DNA of 45,110 nt from Candidatus Spechtbacteria bacterium RIFCSPLOWO2_12_FULL_38_22 (GCA_001820055.1 MHOK01000022.1:1-45110), one strand, 5' to 3'; counted from the first letter of the stretch, positions 8,770 to 17,906 are shown. Made by a program: numbers and translations. Notes: a model not told the origin generated them from the letters alone.

Positions 8770-10539
8770 ATGAAAGATGCTAAAAAACTAAATGACATGC
8801 GTCATTCTTGGGCGCATGTACTGGCCCAGGCGGTTAGGAAGTTTTATCCAAAAGCTAAACTCGGTATTGGGCCCACAATTGAAGACGGATTTTATTATGA
8901 TTTTGATAATGTAGATCTAAGCGAAAATGATTTGGCCAAAATAGAAAAAGAAATGAGAATAATTGCTAAAAAGAATTTAAATATTAAAAAAGAAATCTGG
9001 CCAATCAAAAAAACAAAAGAATATTTTAAAGAAAAAAACGCAAACTACAAACTAGAGCTAATAGAGAGTTTAATAAAAAATGACCGGATAAAAGAAGCTG
9101 GCATAGTTTTTACAGGAAAGGGAACTGAAGATGAGTTTATAGATTTATGTCGAGGTGGTCATATAAAAAACACTAAAGAATTGAATACAGATGCATTTAA
9201 ATTAATGAGAGTAGCTGGAGCATACTGGCGAGGTGATGAAAAAAATCCTATGCTAACCCGAATATACGGGGTTGCTTTTGAAACTAAAAAAGAACTGGAA
9301 AAATACCTATGGCAACAAGAAGAAGCCAAAAAAAGAGATCATAGAATTCTAGGAACAAAATTAAAACTTTTTACCTTCGCAGACGAAGTGGGTCCGGGGC
9401 TCCCTCTTTGGCTACCAAATGGAACAGTTATTAGAGAGGAACTGGAAACCTACGCGAAAAAAATAGAAACTCAATGGGGATATAGGCGCGTAGCAACTCC
9501 ACATATTGCCAAAGAAACTTTATACAAAATGTCCGGACATATTCCCTACTACGCCGACGATATGTATCCTCCTATGAAACTTGACGACGGAAATTACTAT
9601 TTAAAAGCGATGAACTGTCCCCACACGCATATGATTTACAAATCCGAACCCAGAAGCTACAAAGATTTGCCCCTTCGACTCGCGGAATATGGAACAGTTT
9701 ATAGGTACGAACTTTCTGGCGTATTGGCAGGATTGCTCCGTGTTCGTGGGTTTACTCAAAACGATGCTCATATTTATTGCAGAGAAGACCAAGCTGAAGA
9801 AGAATTTTTAACAGTGATGAAACTGCACGAATTTTGGTACAAAAAAGTATTCAGAATAAAAGACTTTTACATGCGACTGTCCTTGCCATCAAAAGACAGC
9901 TCTAAATACGCAAACACCCCAAACGGATGGAGTAAATCTGTAAAAATTATTAGAAGCGCTATGAAAAAATCGGGGTTGCCTTATACAGAGGTTACGGGTG
10001 AAGCGGCTTTCTATGGACCAAAAGTGGACTTTCAGATTAAAAGCGTAATCGGACGCGAAGAAAGCGCATCAACTAACCAACTTGATTTTTTGGCAACAGA
10101 AAGATTTAATTTAGACTACACAGACAAAAATGGTAACAAGAAACCGATATATGTCATTCATCGATCTCCGCTGGGATCCCACGAACGATTTATTGCCTTT
10201 TTAATAGAACACTTCGCTGGAGCATTCCCTGTTTGGCTTTCCCCCGCTCAGGTGTGGGTATTGCCCATAAGCGACAGTTTTAAAAAATACGGAGAGGAAA
10301 TTATTAAAAAACTAAAAGAAAATGATTTGCGCGCAGAATTGCGAGACGAAGCAGAAAGTTTAGGTAAAAAAATTAGGAATGGTCAAATTCAAAAAATTCC
10401 TTACCTCCTAATAGTCGGGGAAAAAGAAAAAAAAGCAAGTAGTGTTTCCGTGCGTCATAGAGAAAAAGGAGATGTGGGAACAATGAAAGTTAATAAGTTT
10501 ATAGAAAAAGTATTAAAAGAAATAGCCGATAAAAAATAA
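8770..10539 (+). CDS. thrS: Threonyl-tRNA synthetase lacking the N-terminal TGS domain
   Basis: 589 aa. Starts at the editing-domain HxxxH motif (HSWAHVLAQAV...GPTIEDGFYYDFD), followed by a class II catalytic core and an anticodon-binding domain. Confidence 0.92.
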   Translation: MKDAKKLNDMRHSWAHVLAQAVRKFYPKAKLGIGPTIEDGFYYDFDNVDLSENDLAKIEKEMRIIAKKNLNIKKEIWPIKKTKEYFKEKNANYKLELIESLIKNDRIKEAGIVFTGKGTEDEFIDLCRGGHIKNTKELNTDAFKLMRVAGAYWRGDEKNPMLTRIYGVAFETKKELEKYLWQQEEAKKRDHRILGTKLKLFTFADEVGPGLPLWLPNGTVIREELETYAKKIETQWGYRRVATPHIAKETLYKMSGHIPYYADDMYPPMKLDDGNYYLKAMNCPHTHMIYKSEPRSYKDLPLRLAEYGTVYRYELSGVLAGLLRVRGFTQNDAHIYCREDQAEEEFLTVMKLHEFWYKKVFRIKDFYMRLSLPSKDSSKYANTPNGWSKSVKIIRSAMKKSGLPYTEVTGEAAFYGPKVDFQIKSVIGREESASTNQLDFLATERFNLDYTDKNGNKKPIYVIHRSPLGSHERFIAFLIEHFAGAFPVWLSPAQVWVLPISDSFKKYGEEIIKKLKENDLRAELRDEAESLGKKIRNGQIQKIPYLLIVGEKEKKASSVSVRHREKGDVGTMKVNKFIEKVLKEIADKK

Positions 10540-10542
10540 ATC

Positions 10543-10570
10543 AAAAATGCCGCGTGTTGCGGCATTTTTG
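10543..10570. terminator. Bidirectional rho-independent terminator
   Basis: AAAAATGCCGC-GTGTT-GCGGCATTTTT, with an A-run on one side and a T-run on the other. Confidence 0.8.
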
Positions 10571-10705
10571 ATTTATTTAACTTTTAAAATTCTCTCCCAT
10601 AAAGCTATGTGACATTCGGAAACACCGAGCATTTAATACATAAGCATCAAATGTCTGGTGAGGAGAGAGATTTCTCCGAGGCCACACAGCTTTATAGAAA
10701 AGATT
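10543..10705 (-). ncRNA. Candidate ~160-nt small RNA: long imperfect hairpin with its own promoter and terminator, class unknown
   Basis: Sits between the promoter at 10712-10740 and the terminator at 10543-10570. 10599-10696 folds as ATAAAGCTATGTGAC...GCCACACAGCTTTAT with internal TCGGA/TCCGA and CACC/GGTG pairs. Confidence 0.4.
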
Positions 10706-10711
10706 TGTTTA

Positions 10712-10740
10712 ATTATAACACAAAAAGTGATAAAAAACAA
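10712..10740 (-). promoter_or_regulatory. Putative promoter with extended -10 box
   Basis: Minus strand TTGTTT-17 nt-TATAAT, preceded by TGT. Confidence 0.45.
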
Positions 10741-10756
10741 TGGCTTCTAAGTGAAC

Positions 10757-11044
10757 CGGCTATCCCTGTGTGCGAAAAGGGATAGCCGATTCAAAATCGC
10801 CCTCAGGGTCAAAGGTCAACTGCAGTTGCAGTGGCCTCCGCCCCACGAATCCGTTATTGCCCCACAGCTGGGACACGTCTCTTGTGGCATTGTTCTCCTA
10901 TTCTCGAGGTTGCTTTTCATTTTTGGGAGCCAACCCCTAAGCCCCTTAAGGGAGGAAGTATTTAACACCTTATTTTATTAATTGTGTTACCTCCTCCTTC
11001 AAGAAGCTCAAAGTTTACTACGTTTATGCTATAAACTTAAGATC
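10757..11044 (-). ncRNA. GC-rich structured transcript of unknown class, or an mRNA for a 24-34 aa Cys-rich peptide
   Basis: Lies downstream of a perfect consensus promoter (11051-11079) and is GC-rich in an AT-rich genome. Multiple hairpins, ending at the 11-bp stem CGGCTATCCCT/AGGGATAGCCG (10757-10788). No RNase P, tmRNA or SRP signature strings were found. Confidence 0.35.
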
Positions 11045-11050
11045 ATCTGT

Positions 11051-11079
11051 ATTATAACATTTATATAAGCATATGTCAA
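11051..11079 (-). promoter_or_regulatory. Consensus sigma70 promoter
   Basis: Minus strand TTGACA-17 nt-TATAAT, both hexamers perfect. Confidence 0.7.
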
Positions 11080-11153
11080 CTCTTTTTAGTTTCTCAAGTC
11101 ATGCTACCATAAATTTATTCACGCCATAATTAAAAACCCCTTGATACTGCTAC

Positions 11154-12374
11154 ATGGATAAACAACTAGACAAACTAAACAAATTAGAAGACAAGCGTCA
11201 ACTGGAAACCATAAACCTTATTGCTTCAGAAAATTACGTATCCCCTGCGATACGAGAAGCAATGAGTTCGCGTTTAACTAACAAATATTCTGAAGGATAT
11301 CCAGGCGCTCGTTATTATCCGGGAAATCAATATGTAGATGAAGTAGAAACACTAGCGCAAAAAGAAGCGCTAAAAACTTTCAACCTAAAAAATTCCACTT
11401 GGGGTGTAAATGTGCAACCATATTCTGGAAGCCCTGCAAACTTTGCCGTTTATGCCGCTGTGCTTGAAAAAAATGATACAGCGCTTGGAATGGCTTTGTC
11501 TTCTGGCGGACATCTAACTCACGGCTTCAAGGTTTCCCATAGCGGACGTTTTTTTAATTTCTTTCAATACGGTGTAGATAAAAACGGGTTGCTTAACTAT
11601 GAAGAAGTAGAAAATTTAGCTCAAAAATACAAACCGCGCCTTATAGTATGTGGCGCAAGCGCGTATTCTAGAATAATTAATTTTATAAAACTATCTAAGA
11701 TTGCAAAAAAATACAATACACTCTTAATGGTGGACATAGCGCATATCGCAGGATTAGTTGCAACAGGCGTTCATCCATCGCCATTTTCCGCCAAAAGCGG
11801 ACAGGCCCTAGCTGATATCGTAACCACGACAACTCACAAAACTCTTCGCGGACCACGTGGCGCTATAATCTTTGGACGCGCAGAACTAATGCCTGCTATA
11901 AACAAATCTATCTTTCCAGGACACCAGGGAGGACCTCATAATCACCAGACTCTTGCCATAGCGCAAGCTTTTATAGAAGCGCAAACTCCAAAATTCAAAC
12001 AATACACGGTGCAAATCATAAAAAATACAAAAACTTTAGCAAAGGAGTTGCAAAAATTAAATTTCAATATAGTTTCTGGCGGTACTGACAATCACTTATT
12101 TTTACTTGATTTAACTAATAAAGGCGTGAGTGGAGGAGACGCCGAAAAATTATTAGAAAAAAATAATATCATCGCAAACCGAAACACTGTTCCCAATGAC
12201 CCAAGAAAACCGTTTGATCCATCGGGTATACGCATAGGAACGCCAGCTTGCACAACGCGTGGTATGAAAGAAAAGGAAATGAAAAAAATTGCGCAACTAA
12301 TCGATAAAGCTCTTTGCGGACAAGATGTAAAAAACGAAGCTAAAAAATTAGCAATGGAGTTCCCTACCCCATAA
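11154..12374 (+). CDS. glyA: Serine hydroxymethyltransferase
   Basis: 406 aa. PLP-lysine motif TTTTHKTLRGPRG. Also LIASENY and SGGHLTHG. Confidence 0.95.
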   Translation: MDKQLDKLNKLEDKRQLETINLIASENYVSPAIREAMSSRLTNKYSEGYPGARYYPGNQYVDEVETLAQKEALKTFNLKNSTWGVNVQPYSGSPANFAVYAAVLEKNDTALGMALSSGGHLTHGFKVSHSGRFFNFFQYGVDKNGLLNYEEVENLAQKYKPRLIVCGASAYSRIINFIKLSKIAKKYNTLLMVDIAHIAGLVATGVHPSPFSAKSGQALADIVTTTTHKTLRGPRGAIIFGRAELMPAINKSIFPGHQGGPHNHQTLAIAQAFIEAQTPKFKQYTVQIIKNTKTLAKELQKLNFNIVSGGTDNHLFLLDLTNKGVSGGDAEKLLEKNNIIANRNTVPNDPRKPFDPSGIRIGTPACTTRGMKEKEMKKIAQLIDKALCGQDVKNEAKKLAMEFPTP

Positions 12375-12382
12375 AAATAATA

Positions 12383-13216
12383 ATGAGCGCTATTATACTA
12401 GACGGCAAAAAACTCTCCGAAAAAATTCTAAGCGACCTCAAAAAAGAAATTTCAGAAATAAATAGGCCTATTGAGCTTGCCATTGTTTTAGTTGGAAATA
12501 ATCCAGCCTCTTTAGCTTATACAAAGCGGAAACAGAAGATAGGTGAAGAGCTGGGAATAAAAGTAAAAATCTACAAGTACGAAGAGAATATCTCAACACG
12601 AAAATTAAGAGAAGAAATAAATAAACTCAACAAAAATAAAAAAATTAAAGGAATAATAGCACAACTTCCACTTCCAAATCATATAAATACAGAATCCATG
12701 CTAGATGCCATTAAAGCTAAAAAAGATATTGACGTTTTGGGGCGAGAATCGGTTGGAAGATTATATAAAAACAAATCTAAAATTTTACCTCCAACAGTAG
12801 CCGGCATAAAAAAATTGCTCGACGAGTATAAAATAGAATATAAAGGAAAAAACGTGGCAATAGTAGGTTATGGATCTTTAGTTGGGAAACCAGCATCTAT
12901 GGTTTTTGCAAACGAAGGCGCTAGTATTTTTGTGCTTCGTAGCTCAACTAAAAATAAAAATAAACTACTGCGCGAAGCAGACATAATAATTTCTGGCGTG
13001 GGTAAACCTAATTTAATTACAAAAAAAGATGTAAAAAAAGGAGTTATAATTATGGATGCTGGCATGTCAGAACAGAATGGAAAACTGGTAGGAGATGTGG
13101 CAGACGAAGTTAAAAAAATAGCAAAATATATTACCCCCGTTCCCGGTGGTGTGGGGCCGATGACCGTTGCAATGTTATTTTGGAATCTTTTAGAGCTAGT
13201 AAAAAACCGATCTTAA
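12383..13216 (+). CDS. folD: Bifunctional methylene-THF dehydrogenase/methenyl-THF cyclohydrolase
   Basis: 277 aa. Motifs ILDGK..., VGNNPAS..Y and PVPGGVGPMTVAML. Confidence 0.93.
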   Translation: MSAIILDGKKLSEKILSDLKKEISEINRPIELAIVLVGNNPASLAYTKRKQKIGEELGIKVKIYKYEENISTRKLREEINKLNKNKKIKGIIAQLPLPNHINTESMLDAIKAKKDIDVLGRESVGRLYKNKSKILPPTVAGIKKLLDEYKIEYKGKNVAIVGYGSLVGKPASMVFANEGASIFVLRSSTKNKNKLLREADIIISGVGKPNLITKKDVKKGVIIMDAGMSEQNGKLVGDVADEVKKIAKYITPVPGGVGPMTVAMLFWNLLELVKNRS

Positions 13217-13236
13217 CCCGTTTTTTGTTTTAAAAC

Positions 13237-13447
13237 AATAGTTTGGATTTATACTGGAAATTCCGCCGTAAGCGGGAAAGAGCAAGCGAAGTAGAAATGC
13301 CTGAAGTGAGTAGGAAAAATGACTTGCCAGAGGCCTATCTTTTGCGATTAGCAAAAGTAGTTGTCATTTTTTCGTTAAATGAACGAAGTGCATTTGCTTG
13401 AGCGAGCGAATGGTAGTGTGGAATTGAAAGTATAAATCCAAACTATT
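13237..13447. repeat. 211-nt element with perfect 19-nt terminal inverted repeats, a long imperfect hairpin
   Basis: AATAGTTTGGATTTATACT (13237-13255) pairs with AGTATAAATCCAAACTATT (13429-13447). The interior is partly self-complementary (GAAAAATGAC/GTCATTTTTC, CTTTTGC/GCAAAAG). The right repeat covers the gatB stop codon. Confidence 0.8.
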
Positions 13448-14966
13448 TCAGTTTCTTCTTTAGAAGTTTTTCTGCTACTTGCGGATTTGCCGCCCCTTTA
13501 CTGCGCGCCATTACTTGTCCCACTAAAAACTTAAGCGCCTCTTCTTTGCCCTCTTTATAGTTTCTTACCGCGTCTTCATTTGCTTCTACTATTTCCTGTA
13601 CAAACTTCCCTATTACATCCTCGTCGCTTACTTGTTTAAGTCCTTTTTTTTCTACAATTGCAGACGGTCCTCCTCCGCTGTTAAACATAGCTTCTAAAAC
13701 TTCCCTAGCGCCCGCACTGTTTATTTCTCCTTTGTGAATTAAACAAATAAATTCTCCGAAGTTTTCTGGAGTGATTTTAATATCTTCTACTCTGGTGCCA
13801 GTATCCTGTAATAAAGTTCGCAGATTTTTTACCACATAATTTGTCGTAAGAATTTTTATTTTTTCTTCTGTTTGTGTTAAAACTTTCTTTTTAGCCAAAA
13901 TTCCTACGGAAGAATTAACAGACGCGCAACTTAATGCTTCTGACACAGATTTTTCAAAGTAATCTGCCAAATCGGACTCTTCAATTAAAACATCTACTAT
14001 ATCTAAGGCGTGGTCGTATTCAGTTTGAAAACGATTGCGCTTGGCTTGCGGTAATTCAACCATTGATTTTTTCATTTTATCCAAATCAAATCCATGTTCT
14101 CGACTTATAATTATCGGTGGCAAATCCGGCTCTGGAAAATATCTATATTCTTGAGCTTCTTCCTTGCTTCTCTGTGAAAAAGTTTCTTGGCGCATTTCGT
14201 CCCAACCCCTTGTTTCCTGAACTATTTTTTCTCCTGAATCTAACAACCTGGTTTGTCTGTTAATTTCGTATGCGGTCGCATCCTCCACCACGCGAAGCGA
14301 GTTAAGATTTTTTAACTCTACTTTTGTTCCAAGAATTTTTGATCCTGCGGGAGCTAAAGACAAATTAACCTCTACCCTCATCTGCCCCCTTTCCATGTCA
14401 GCATCTGAAGTACCTAAATAACGTAAAATTAAACGAAGTTCTTTTGCAAACTTTATCGCCTCAAAGGCGCTACTGATAACGGGTTTAGTAACTAGTTCCA
14501 TCAAGGGCACCCCCGCGCGATTAAAATCTACTAAGGAGTATGTATTATCTTGGGAATGTACAAGACGCCCCGCATCTTCTTCTAGATGTATGCGTTCTAT
14601 GTCTATCCTTTTATATTCCCCTCCCAGTTCACTCTTAATAGGTATATCTATGTAACCACCCAAACAAAATGGAATATCGTACTGGCTTATTTGGTAACCT
14701 TTTGGAAGGTCTGGATAAAAATAATTCTTTCTATCAAATTTACTTTCTCCGGCTATTTGGCAATTTAGCGCTAGTCCAACTTGTATGACTTTATTTATTG
14801 CTTCCTTGTTTGCAACAGGTAAAACGCCGGGATGTCCCATGCAAACCGCGCACACATTGGTATTTGGTTCTGCATTAAGATGGTCATTTAAAGAATCACA
14901 AAACATTTTAGTTTTGGTCTTTAGGTGCGCATGAATTTCGAGTCCTATTGTCGGGATATATTTCAT
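13443..14966 (-). CDS. gatB: Asp/Glu-tRNA amidotransferase subunit B
   Basis: 507 aa. N-terminus MKYIPTIGLEIHAHL...KMFC is typical of GatB, with a C-terminal YqeY-like tail. Confidence 0.93.
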   Translation of the reverse strand: MKYIPTIGLEIHAHLKTKTKMFCDSLNDHLNAEPNTNVCAVCMGHPGVLPVANKEAINKVIQVGLALNCQIAGESKFDRKNYFYPDLPKGYQISQYDIPFCLGGYIDIPIKSELGGEYKRIDIERIHLEEDAGRLVHSQDNTYSLVDFNRAGVPLMELVTKPVISSAFEAIKFAKELRLILRYLGTSDADMERGQMRVEVNLSLAPAGSKILGTKVELKNLNSLRVVEDATAYEINRQTRLLDSGEKIVQETRGWDEMRQETFSQRSKEEAQEYRYFPEPDLPPIIISREHGFDLDKMKKSMVELPQAKRNRFQTEYDHALDIVDVLIEESDLADYFEKSVSEALSCASVNSSVGILAKKKVLTQTEEKIKILTTNYVVKNLRTLLQDTGTRVEDIKITPENFGEFICLIHKGEINSAGAREVLEAMFNSGGGPSAIVEKKGLKQVSDEDVIGKFVQEIVEANEDAVRNYKEGKEEALKFLVGQVMARSKGAANPQVAEKLLKKKLK

Positions 14967-15002
14967 AACTTAATCTTATCAACAAAGGCTAACTTTCTCA
15001 AT

Positions 15003-15027
15003 AAAAAATCCCGCTATTTGCGGGATT
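15003..15027 (-). terminator. Rho-independent terminator after thyX
   Basis: AATCCCGC-AAATA-GCGGGATT followed by a T-run on the minus strand. It overlaps the stop codon. Confidence 0.75.
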
Positions 15028-15997
15028 AAAGTTGTTCTGAAATCATTCCTAGTTCTGCTATCTTATCTACAAATTCGTTGCTTTCTCTCTGATTATCAAA
15101 CCTTTTAAAAGCTAGGTCAAATGCTTCTTGTCTGCTTTTTGGCCACTCGTGTGCCTTAATTAATTCTTTCTCAGGACCTGAAAGACGCGTGGCATTTAAC
15201 TGATAATCTTCAAATGCTGAATAACAAATTGGAAGCGCATCTTTCACTATTTGCGCCATTGCGTTTGCAAACACCTGAATCTCATACTGAGCGTGACTAT
15301 CCATACGCAAAGTCAAAAAGTGCATTAAGTTGTGTAAATCAATCTTCCAATACCACTCTGTGTAATTAGCCAACGAAAGACCTATGCGGGCAAGTTCTCG
15401 AGCCAAATCGAAATCTTCACCAACAAACTCTCGATAATGCTCGTAAGTACGTTCATAGTCTTGCTGAAGCAACTCTAAAACTCTTTTTTTCTTTTCAGAC
15501 GAGAGCTCTTCGCCTCGCCCTTGTCGATTTCCTTCTGCTTGCTTTGAAATAACAGAGCTATCAGGCAGGTAGAATTCGTTACTCATAATAGAATAGCGTC
15601 CAGAGTATTCATTAATGTTAGCTGTTCTGTGCCGAACCCATTGACGAGCAACAAAAATGGGCATCTTACAGTGAAACTTAAATTCTACCATTTCAAATGG
15701 AGTGGTATGCATATGACGACGCAAATATCTGATTAGGCCTCGTGTAGTATTTACTTTTGTAGTGCCTTGACCGTAAGACACACGCGCAGCTTGCACAACA
15801 GAATCATCGTTGCCCATATAATCTACAAGATAAATAAAACCGTGATTTAAACATTCAATCGGCCTACCAAGCCAATATTCAGCACCTTCGCTAACAGGAC
15901 GCAGGGTCTTAAGTTCTTCGTATACAGCAATCCTTTGTGGTTCTTCGCTCATAACCCCGACCTCCCCCTTTCTTGGTTGTGGGTTTTGTGTGGTCAT
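15026..15997 (-). CDS. thyX: Flavin-dependent thymidylate synthase ThyX
   Basis: ThyX motif RHRTANINEYSGRY. The ATG at 15997 forms an ATGA overlap with the tmk stop and is preferred over the track start at 16030. Confidence 0.9.
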   Translation of the reverse strand: MTTQNPQPRKGEVGVMSEEPQRIAVYEELKTLRPVSEGAEYWLGRPIECLNHGFIYLVDYMGNDDSVVQAARVSYGQGTTKVNTTRGLIRYLRRHMHTTPFEMVEFKFHCKMPIFVARQWVRHRTANINEYSGRYSIMSNEFYLPDSSVISKQAEGNRQGRGEELSSEKKKRVLELLQQDYERTYEHYREFVGEDFDLARELARIGLSLANYTEWYWKIDLHNLMHFLTLRMDSHAQYEIQVFANAMAQIVKDALPICYSAFEDYQLNATRLSGPEKELIKAHEWPKSRQEAFDLAFKRFDNQRESNEFVDKIAELGMISEQL

Positions 15998-16701
15998 TGT
16001 TTGACCAATAGTGCTTCTAATTCTTTCCAAATTATATCACCTATATCTTGTGCGCTTAGTATTCCGCTGCCGGAAGAACAATCCACTAACGTAAACTGAT
16101 CTGGATATACGACCGACAAACTTCTGTAGGAGTCCGCGGCGCTAAACAGATGACCCATGTCTTGTTCGTGGATATCGCGTTTTTTACCAGCTAAATATTC
16201 GCGCTCACCCTTCTTACCCACTAACTCGTAAGCCACATTGGGGTCTAAATACAAAATTATATTTATATCCGGTTTGGACAACTGTAAAAATTCATACTCC
16301 AGCCATAAAAGTTTATCCCAAAACCTTTCACGTTCTTGTGTATCTTGTATTTTACCACCCTGATGTCCTAAATTAGAAGCCACATAACGGTTAGATAAAA
16401 CTATTTTCCCGCTCTCCAACCACTGTCTAATCTGATCTGCAGCTTGTTTTCTGTCAAAGGCAAACAAAAGAGACGCCGCTTCTGCTCCAATGTCTTTTAA
16501 ATCACCCAACTCTCCGTTTAAATACATTCGTACTGGCGCAGAAGATACATCGTCGTAACGAGGAAAATCAACTAATTCTACATCATGTCCTTGACTTTCT
16601 AATCTCGCTTTCAATACCTCTGCCTGAGTTTTTTTGCCGACACCATCTATTCCCTCAATAACGACAAATAATCCTTTTTTACTCATTTTTTCTTCTTTCA
16701 T
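15994..16701 (-). CDS. tmk: Thymidylate kinase
   Basis: P-loop VIEGIDGVGKKTQ and the tmk-like DRY-type block (LSNRYVASN). Confidence 0.9.
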   Translation of the reverse strand: MKEEKMSKKGLFVVIEGIDGVGKKTQAEVLKARLESQGHDVELVDFPRYDDVSSAPVRMYLNGELGDLKDIGAEAASLLFAFDRKQAADQIRQWLESGKIVLSNRYVASNLGHQGGKIQDTQERERFWDKLLWLEYEFLQLSKPDINIILYLDPNVAYELVGKKGEREYLAGKKRDIHEQDMGHLFSAADSYRSLSVVYPDQFTLVDCSSGSGILSAQDIGDIIWKELEALLVKQ

Positions 16702-16765
16702 GTCAAAGGTCTAAATAGTTTATACATTATTTTTTTACCCAATACAAACAGCATGTGTGAATAAA

Positions 16766-17194
16766 CTAAACCAACCCAGAACTGCCAAATCCCCTTTCTC
16801 CTCTAACTTCGTTTTCCTCAATCTTTTCTACCTCTACAATTTCCGCCCGCAAAACAGGCTTTATAACTAACTGCGCAATTTTTTCTCCTTTTTTAACTTT
16901 GTAAATTTTTCTACCTAAATTAGTAAGCGCTACATGAAGCTCTCCGCGATAATTAGAATCAATTACCCCAGCAAGCGTGGTAACATGATTTTTTATAGAA
17001 ATACCGCTTTTATCCCAAACAAAACCAGCGTGCCCATTTGGTACAGCAACCTTTAAACCCGTAGCAATTATTTCCCTTGTATCAGGTTTAATTTCTACGT
17101 CATGACAAGAAAAAAGATCCATACCCGCGTCCCCCTCATATGCATAAGAAGGCAACTTAGCTGATGGATCTATTTTTTGAAAATATATTTTCAT
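16766..17194 (-). CDS. dut: dUTP diphosphatase
   Basis: Motifs GDAGMDL, AGVIDSNYRGE and RGERGFGSSG. The track start at 17215 is a TTG, so the ATG at 17194 is preferred. Confidence 0.9.
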   Translation of the reverse strand: MKIYFQKIDPSAKLPSYAYEGDAGMDLFSCHDVEIKPDTREIIATGLKVAVPNGHAGFVWDKSGISIKNHVTTLAGVIDSNYRGELHVALTNLGRKIYKVKKGEKIAQLVIKPVLRAEIVEVEKIEENEVRGERGFGSSGLV

Positions 17195-17198
17195 ATTT

Positions 17199-17696
17199 TT
17201 AGCTTTTATCTTCAAGTGCTCCTCCGGGTCCTTTTAAAATTTTCTTCATTTTATCAAATGTTGCGTCAAAATTTAAATCTATTCTTACAAATTCCACATT
17301 GTTGTCCTGCGCTAATTTTTCTACTATACCCTTGCCCCTAGAATTACTGTACTCCCCAACATGTTTTATAGATTTTACGCCAACAGCGATTAATTTTGTG
17401 GTGCATAAAACACATGGAGTACCTAAAACATATGCGGTAGAACCCTTCAAGTCTGAGGTGCTATAAAGAATCGCATTATCTTCTCCGTGGAGAGTTCTTA
17501 TACAATGCCCATCTTCCATTAAATGTCCGTCCTCATCGCACTGAGGATTATTAGGTAAAGAACCGTTATAACCAGCCCCCACAATTCTGTTATCTTTAAC
17601 TAAAAGAGTCGCAGATTTTAATCTATCGCATGTACCCCTTGTAGAATACACATGAGCTAACATAAAAAAGAATTCGTCCCAACTTGGTCTTTCCAT
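17199..17696 (-). CDS. dCMP deaminase (ComEB/DCTD family)
   Basis: Zinc motifs HGEDNAI and PCVLCTTKL. The ATG at 17696 (MERPSWDEFF...) is preferred over the longer track ORF. Confidence 0.85.
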   Translation of the reverse strand: MERPSWDEFFFMLAHVYSTRGTCDRLKSATLLVKDNRIVGAGYNGSLPNNPQCDEDGHLMEDGHCIRTLHGEDNAILYSTSDLKGSTAYVLGTPCVLCTTKLIAVGVKSIKHVGEYSNSRGKGIVEKLAQDNNVEFVRIDLNFDATFDKMKKILKGPGGALEDKS

Positions 17697-17818
17697 AAAA
17701 TTACAGTAAATTACTTCTTGGAATATTATTCTATCACTTCTACAACCAAAAAGCATTCCACAGGGGAATGCTTAGATTATTTATTATGGATTATTAGCCT
17801 CTTAGCTTTTTTAGATTT

Positions 17819-17888
17819 TTACTTGTTACTAGTTACCTGCCTACTCGCCTCGCTAAAGCTCTGGCGAAGCGGGCCGGCAGGCAGGCTT
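17819..17888 (-). repeat. 70-nt GC-rich repeat, copy B (downstream of rplK)
   Basis: Its reverse complement is identical to 8689-8758. Its orientation relative to the upstream gene is the same as for copy A. Confidence 0.9.
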
Positions 17889-17906
17889 ATTGTTTGTTAC
17901 TAATTA

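Noticed and set aside
10571-11153. A riboswitch or leader for glyA on the plus strand (ZTP/pfl, THF, glycine, T-box)
   Set aside because: I could not find the diagnostic strings (CCGCCTGGGC, ACCGAAGG, GGTGGTACCGCG). The strong promoters face the other way. A covariance-model scan is still needed.
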